DNA of 64,000 nucleotides, taken from Bacteroidota bacterium. GTDB lineage: Bacteria; Bacteroidota; Bacteroidia; Bacteroidales; GCA-2748055. Below are positions 59,730 to 64,000 of this stretch, piece after piece. The notes beneath the pieces were generated by a model that saw only the letters and a program-made list of their open reading frames with translations, did no database searches and was not told the DNA's origin. A program made the translations under genes and the position numbers. The first letter of the stretch is position 1. Every line of letters begins with the position of its first letter. The stretch covers positions 5,440 to 69,439 of the forward strand of contig JBMOLL010000071.1 in assembly GCA_049325415.1 (NCBI GenBank), in the 5' to 3' direction.

Positions 59730-60619
59730 AAGGAATCATACTGGCCGGGGGATCCGGCACCCGCTTGCACCCGATCACCAAAAGCATCTCCAAACAGATC
59801 ATTCCTGTTTACGACAAGCCCATGATCTACTATCCCCTTTCCGTCCTGATGCTGGCCGGAATCAGGGAGATCCTGGTGATCAGTACGCCGACCGACCTGC
59901 CTTTATACCAGCGTCTGCTCGAGGACGGAAGCCAGCTTGGTCTGAACATTTCGTATGCCGAGCAACCCTCCCCCGACGGACTTGCCCAGGCCTTTATTAT
60001 CGGTAGGGAATTTATCGGGAACGATTCGGTTTGCCTCATCCTGGGCGACAATATCTTTTACGGCCATGGATTCGGAAGGATACTCCACGATACGTCAAAG
60101 CTAAAAGACGGGGCAGTGGTTTTCGGCTATTATGTCACGGATCCGCAACGCTACGGAGTGGTGGAATTCGATCGCACGGGAGCCGTAAAAAGTCTGGAGG
60201 AAAAACCTGAAAAACCAAAATCCAATTACGCTGTTACCGGTCTGTATTTTTACAGCAATGATGTGGTGGAAAAAGCAATATCCCTCAGACCATCGGCCCG
60301 CGGGGAACTCGAGATCACCGATCTTAACCGGCTGTACCTGGAGGAACAGCGCCTGAAGGTCAGGATACTCGGACGCGGAATGGCCTGGCTTGATACGGGA
60401 ACGCAGGAGAGTCTGCTGCAGGCCTCCAATTATATTTATACCATTGAAAAAAGACAGGGACTCAAAATCTCGTGTATTGAAGAAATTGCGTATAAAAGAG
60501 GTTTTATCAGCCGGGATCAGCTTCTGAATCTGGCCTCTGAACTTAAAAAAAGCAGTTACGGGGTTTATCTCGAGCAGATTGCCCGTGAAGAGATATTAAC
60601 ATTTGACAACCAGGAATGA
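59726..60619 (+). CDS. rfbA: Glucose-1-phosphate thymidylyltransferase
   Basis: 297 aa with [18 protein letters not shown] and LGDNIFYG. Confidence 0.95.
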   Translation: MKGIILAGGSGTRLHPITKSISKQIIPVYDKPMIYYPLSVLMLAGIREILVISTPTDLPLYQRLLEDGSQLGLNISYAEQPSPDGLAQAFIIGREFIGNDSVCLILGDNIFYGHGFGRILHDTSKLKDGAVVFGYYVTDPQRYGVVEFDRTGAVKSLEEKPEKPKSNYAVTGLYFYSNDVVEKAISLRPSARGELEITDLNRLYLEEQRLKVRILGRGMAWLDTGTQESLLQASNYIYTIEKRQGLKISCIEEIAYKRGFISRDQLLNLASELKKSSYGVYLEQIAREEILTFDNQE

Positions 60620-61164
60620 AGGTTAAAGGAACAGCTATTGAAGGACTGCTGATCATCGAGCCCCGGGTATTCAGGGACGGCCGGGGGTATTTTTTCGAGA
60701 GTTTCCGGGAAGAGGATTTTCTTCACCCGGGGCCGGATTATCGTTTTGTCCAGGACAACCAGTCGTCATCGGCTTACGGAGTGATCAGGGGACTGCATTT
60801 TCAGCAGGGTGCCGCAGCGCAGGCAAAACTTGTAAGGGTGGTTTCAGGTACGATCTATGACGTTGCTGTCGACCTTCGGCCCGGTTCCCCTACCTTCGGA
60901 AAATGGTATGGTCTCGAGCTGAGCGATACGAATTTTCTCCAGCTGCTCATACCAAGGGGCTTTGCTCATGGTTTCTCCGTTCTCAGCGAATCGGCCGTTG
61001 TATTTTATAAATGCGACGCCTATTATAATAAAGAAGCAGAAACAGGTATACGTTACAATGATCCCGATCTGGACATCAACTGGATGGTTCCCCACGGGAA
61101 ATGCCTGGTCTCTGAAAAAGATCTGCAACTGCCATTATTAAAAGAATTAAACATACATGGCTGA
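60616..61164 (+). CDS. rfbC: dTDP-4-dehydrorhamnose 3,5-epimerase
   Basis: 182-aa cupin with [17 protein letters not shown] and PRGFAHGF. Confidence 0.95.
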   Translation: MKVKGTAIEGLLIIEPRVFRDGRGYFFESFREEDFLHPGPDYRFVQDNQSSSAYGVIRGLHFQQGAAAQAKLVRVVSGTIYDVAVDLRPGSPTFGKWYGLELSDTNFLQLLIPRGFAHGFSVLSESAVVFYKCDAYYNKEAETGIRYNDPDLDINWMVPHGKCLVSEKDLQLPLLKELNIHG

Positions 61165-62032
61165 AAACGGAATTCCGATACTGGTTACCGGCGCTGATGG
61201 ACAGCTGGGTAATGAATTCAGGAAACTTTCCGGGGGAAGGGACCTGGAACTATGTTTTACCGATTACCGGGAACTGAATATCCTGGATTACCAGGCTGTA
61301 AGAGAATTTCTGGACAGAAACAGCTTCCGCTACATTATTAACTGCGCAGCCTATACCGCTGTAGACAAGGCGGAGGATGAGCCTGAAAAAGCCTACAGTC
61401 TGAATGCCGATGCAGTAGGAAACCTGGCTTCAGTTACCCTGGAAAAAAGCATACGGCTGATCCATCTGTCCACCGATTATGTGTTTTCGGGTTATATGCC
61501 CCGGCCGCTGGCAGAAAACGACGAACCACTGCCCGAAACCGTTTACGGCAACTCCAAATTCGAGGGCGAACTGAGCCTGAAGAATCACCCGGGAGCCATG
61601 ATCATTCGCACATCCTGGCTGTATTCTACCTACGGGAACAATTTCGTAAAGACGATTTTGCGTAAAATGAAAGAACAGTCACACGTGAAGGTGGTTTTTG
61701 ACCAGACGGGTTCTCCGACCTATGCCCGGGACCTTGCCAGTGCCATTCTGGATATTATTGAAGGAGTTGAATCGGAGAGTTTTCCCTTTAATCCGGGGGT
61801 CTTCCACTATGCCAACGAAGGAGTCTGCAGCTGGTATGACCTGGCTGTTGAGATTGCCAGACTGAGCGGGGTCAAAACAATTATCAGGCCCGTGGAAACC
61901 AGGGAATACCCGACCCAGGCTCCCCGTCCGTGGTATTCGGTACTGAACAAGGAGAAGATCAAAAGCGTTTACCATCTAACAATCCCTCACTGGAGGGACA
62001 GCCTTGAGAAATGTATTGCAGAACTTAAATAA
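61157..62032 (+). CDS. rfbD: dTDP-4-dehydrorhamnose reductase
   Basis: 291 aa with ILVTGADGQLG, INCAAYTAVDKAE and STDYVF. Confidence 0.9.
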   Translation: MAENGIPILVTGADGQLGNEFRKLSGGRDLELCFTDYRELNILDYQAVREFLDRNSFRYIINCAAYTAVDKAEDEPEKAYSLNADAVGNLASVTLEKSIRLIHLSTDYVFSGYMPRPLAENDEPLPETVYGNSKFEGELSLKNHPGAMIIRTSWLYSTYGNNFVKTILRKMKEQSHVKVVFDQTGSPTYARDLASAILDIIEGVESESFPFNPGVFHYANEGVCSWYDLAVEIARLSGVKTIIRPVETREYPTQAPRPWYSVLNKEKIKSVYHLTIPHWRDSLEKCIAELK

Positions 62033-62042
62033 CACCTTAGAT

Positions 62043-63788
62043 ATGGAACAAAACGAATTGCTTCAACAGGTCAGGGAGAAAGCCGGAAAATGGCTGAACA
62101 GTCAGCTTGATGACAGGACCAGGCAGACTATTACCTATCTGCTCGACCATGACGAGAATGAACTGATTGAAAGCTTTTACAAGGATCTGGAATTCGGAAC
62201 CGGCGGTTTACGCGGCATCATGGGTGTGGGATCGAACCGGATGAATATTTATACCGTGGGTATGGCCACCCAGGGTCTTTGCAATTACCTGCTCCGGCAG
62301 TTTCAGGGGAAAGACCATATCAGTGTTGCCATTGCCCACGATTCCAGGAACAACAGCCGGCTGTTTGCAGAAACCGCCGCAAAGATCTGCATTGCCAATG
62401 GCATCCGCGCTTACCTGTTCGACGATCTGCGGCCAACTCCCGAACTGAGTTTTGCCATCCGTCACCTGGGTTGCCAGAGCGGGATCGTGATCACAGCTTC
62501 CCATAACCCTAAAGAATATAACGGATACAAGGTTTACTGGGAAGATGGAGGGCAGATTATCGAACCACATGATGTGAGCATTATTGAAGAAGTTCAGAAA
62601 ATCACCTCTTTCGACCAGGTGAAATGGGACGGCGATCCCGCTAAGATCAGGATCATCGGAAGTGAGATCGATGAGATTTACACCGACCGGATCAAAGGAC
62701 TGTCGCTGAATCCTGAACTGATCAGGGCACACTCCGATTTACGGATCGTTTACACCCCCATTCATGGCTCAGGGGTGAGACTGGTACCCATGGTGCTGAA
62801 AAAACTCGGTTTCAGTAATATTTTCTCCGTACCCGAACAGGATGTTACCGACGGAAATTTTCCGACCGTCATCTCTCCTAATCCGGAAGAATCGGCCGCA
62901 CTGACGCTGGCTCTGAAAAAAGCCGACGAAGCAGGGGCCGACCTGGTGATGGCAACGGATCCGGATGCCGACCGGGTGGGAATTGCCGTGAGGGATCACC
63001 AGGGTAAACTGATCCTGCTCAATGGCAACCAGACCGCGTCGATCCTCTTCTACTATCTGCTTTCGCAGTGGTCAGCCAGAGGCAAACTTACCGGAAAGGA
63101 ATACATTGTGAAGACCATAGTCACCACCGAATTGCTCACTGAGATTGCCGACCGCTTCGGGGTTGAGCACTTTGATGTTCTGACCGGTTTCAAATATATT
63201 GCCGACATTATGAAACAGAAAGAAGGCAAAATGACCTTTATCGTTGGCGGCGAAGAAAGCTATGGCTACCTGGCCGGTGATTTCGTCAGGGACAAGGATG
63301 CGGTAATGTCGTGCGCACTGATTGCCGAAACAGCAGCCTGGGCTAAAAGCAGGGGAAAAAACCTTTACGATGTATTGCTGGATATTTATAAAGATTTTTC
63401 ACTTTACAGGGAGGGACTTATCTCGGTGGTTCGCAAAGGCAAATCGGGTGCTGAAGAAATCCGCCGGATGATGGAGGACTTCAGGAACAGCCCGCCTGAT
63501 TCCATCCATGGTTCGGATGTGGTCATGGTGCATGATTTTGAGATGCAGAAATCATACGACAATATTTCTCATCTGCGCTACGATATCACCCTGCCCAAAT
63601 CGAATGTGCTGCAGTTTGTCCTGAAAGACGGCAGCAAGATTTCGGTCAGGCCTTCGGGAACTGAGCCCAAGATCAAATTCTATTTCAGTGTCAGGGACAG
63701 GATCCGGGAAGGAGAAACGCTGGAAGCAGCAGAGGCCCGTCTCGGAGAGAAGATCCATGAGATCCAGAAGGAATTAAAACTGGTGTAA
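62043..63788 (+). CDS. Phospho-sugar mutase (phosphoglucomutase/phosphomannomutase family)
   Basis: The start is taken at MEQNELLQQV (62043). It has the active-site loop TASHNPKEYNGYKV, the metal loop ATDPDADR and the sugar loop GGEESYG. Confidence 0.9.
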   Translation: MEQNELLQQVREKAGKWLNSQLDDRTRQTITYLLDHDENELIESFYKDLEFGTGGLRGIMGVGSNRMNIYTVGMATQGLCNYLLRQFQGKDHISVAIAHDSRNNSRLFAETAAKICIANGIRAYLFDDLRPTPELSFAIRHLGCQSGIVITASHNPKEYNGYKVYWEDGGQIIEPHDVSIIEEVQKITSFDQVKWDGDPAKIRIIGSEIDEIYTDRIKGLSLNPELIRAHSDLRIVYTPIHGSGVRLVPMVLKKLGFSNIFSVPEQDVTDGNFPTVISPNPEESAALTLALKKADEAGADLVMATDPDADRVGIAVRDHQGKLILLNGNQTASILFYYLLSQWSARGKLTGKEYIVKTIVTTELLTEIADRFGVEHFDVLTGFKYIADIMKQKEGKMTFIVGGEESYGYLAGDFVRDKDAVMSCALIAETAAWAKSRGKNLYDVLLDIYKDFSLYREGLISVVRKGKSGAEEIRRMMEDFRNSPPDSIHGSDVVMVHDFEMQKSYDNISHLRYDITLPKSNVLQFVLKDGSKISVRPSGTEPKIKFYFSVRDRIREGETLEAAEARLGEKIHEIQKELKLV

Positions 63789-63830
63789 GACCACAAACCG
63801 ACGGTATCAAAATGCCGGTGATCCGGTACC

Positions 63831-63861
63831 AGCCCCGCTACAGATCGTGCGGGGCTTTTTT
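63831..63861 (+). terminator. Intrinsic terminator after the phospho-sugar mutase gene
   Basis: 8-bp stem agccccgc/gcggggct with a 10-nt loop, followed by a T6 run that overlaps the stop codon of the convergent yjbQ-like gene. Confidence 0.65.
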
Positions 63862-64000
63862 ATTCGCCGATAATCTTCACCAGGACTCTTTTTCTCCTCT
63901 TCCCGTCGAATTCGCCATAAAAGATCTGTTCCCAGGGACCAAAATCCAGGTTGCCCGAGCTAACGGCCACCACAACTTCCCGGCCCATCACCTGTCTTTT
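63860..64000 (-). CDS. YjbQ/UPF0047 family protein, C-terminal fragment (gene runs off the window end)
   Basis: Reverse translation reads ...[46 protein letters not shown]. This matches the conserved YjbQ C-terminus (G.L.LG.WQ.I...E.DG.R.R.V.VK). Confidence 0.75.
   Translation of the reverse strand, partial: KRQVMGREVVVAVSSGNLDFGPWEQIFYGEFDGKRRKRVLVKIIGE

Noticed and set aside
1-64000. Search for CRISPR arrays, tRNA/rRNA genes, transposases, toxin-antitoxin pairs, restriction-modification or other defence modules
   Set aside because: None was recognisable. Intergenic spacers are short and are explained by promoters and hairpin terminators. The NPPYGERI methyltransferase carries a THUMP RNA-binding domain, so it is an rRNA or tRNA methyltransferase rather than an R-M enzyme.

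Overview
This 64-kb window looks like a compact core-chromosome region of a Bacteroidota genome. Supporting signs are a T9SS type-B sorting domain, TAnnTTTG-type promoter motifs, and pckA/ppdK-style central metabolism, which suggests an anaerobic Bacteroidia-like organism. About 58 protein genes fill nearly all the sequence. I saw no rRNA, tRNA, CRISPR array, transposase, prophage or recognisable defence module.

Most genes are housekeeping:
- DNA repair and recombination: uvrA, xerD.
- RNA and ribosome functions: rsmE, prmA, rnz, rpsA.
- Central metabolism: tpiA, pckA, ppdK, pyk.
- Nucleotide, folate and amino-acid metabolism: tmk, folP, guaA, serA, serC, gcvT.
- Lipid synthesis, signalling and chaperone: plsY, cdaA, clpB.
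- A ugd-uxs-rfbACD-pgm sugar-nucleotide operon.

I found no clearly novel multi-gene system. The parts most worth a second look are signalling and envelope modules embedded among the core genes:
1. An orphan SiaB/SiaC-like kinase-phosphoprotein pair, convergent with a 1031-aa ABCG-type transporter. The transporter has TerB-like and FHA-like N-terminal domains.
2. An Hpt-STAS bicistron.
3. A tightly coupled operon (DUF6702-like, T9SS type-B adhesin, TPR, HEAT-like) divergent from a HupE/UreJ gene.
4. A 1491-aa secreted protein with no recognisable domains.
5. A second STAS gene between rpsA and rnz.

All functional calls rest on motif recognition by eye and need HMM or BLAST confirmation.
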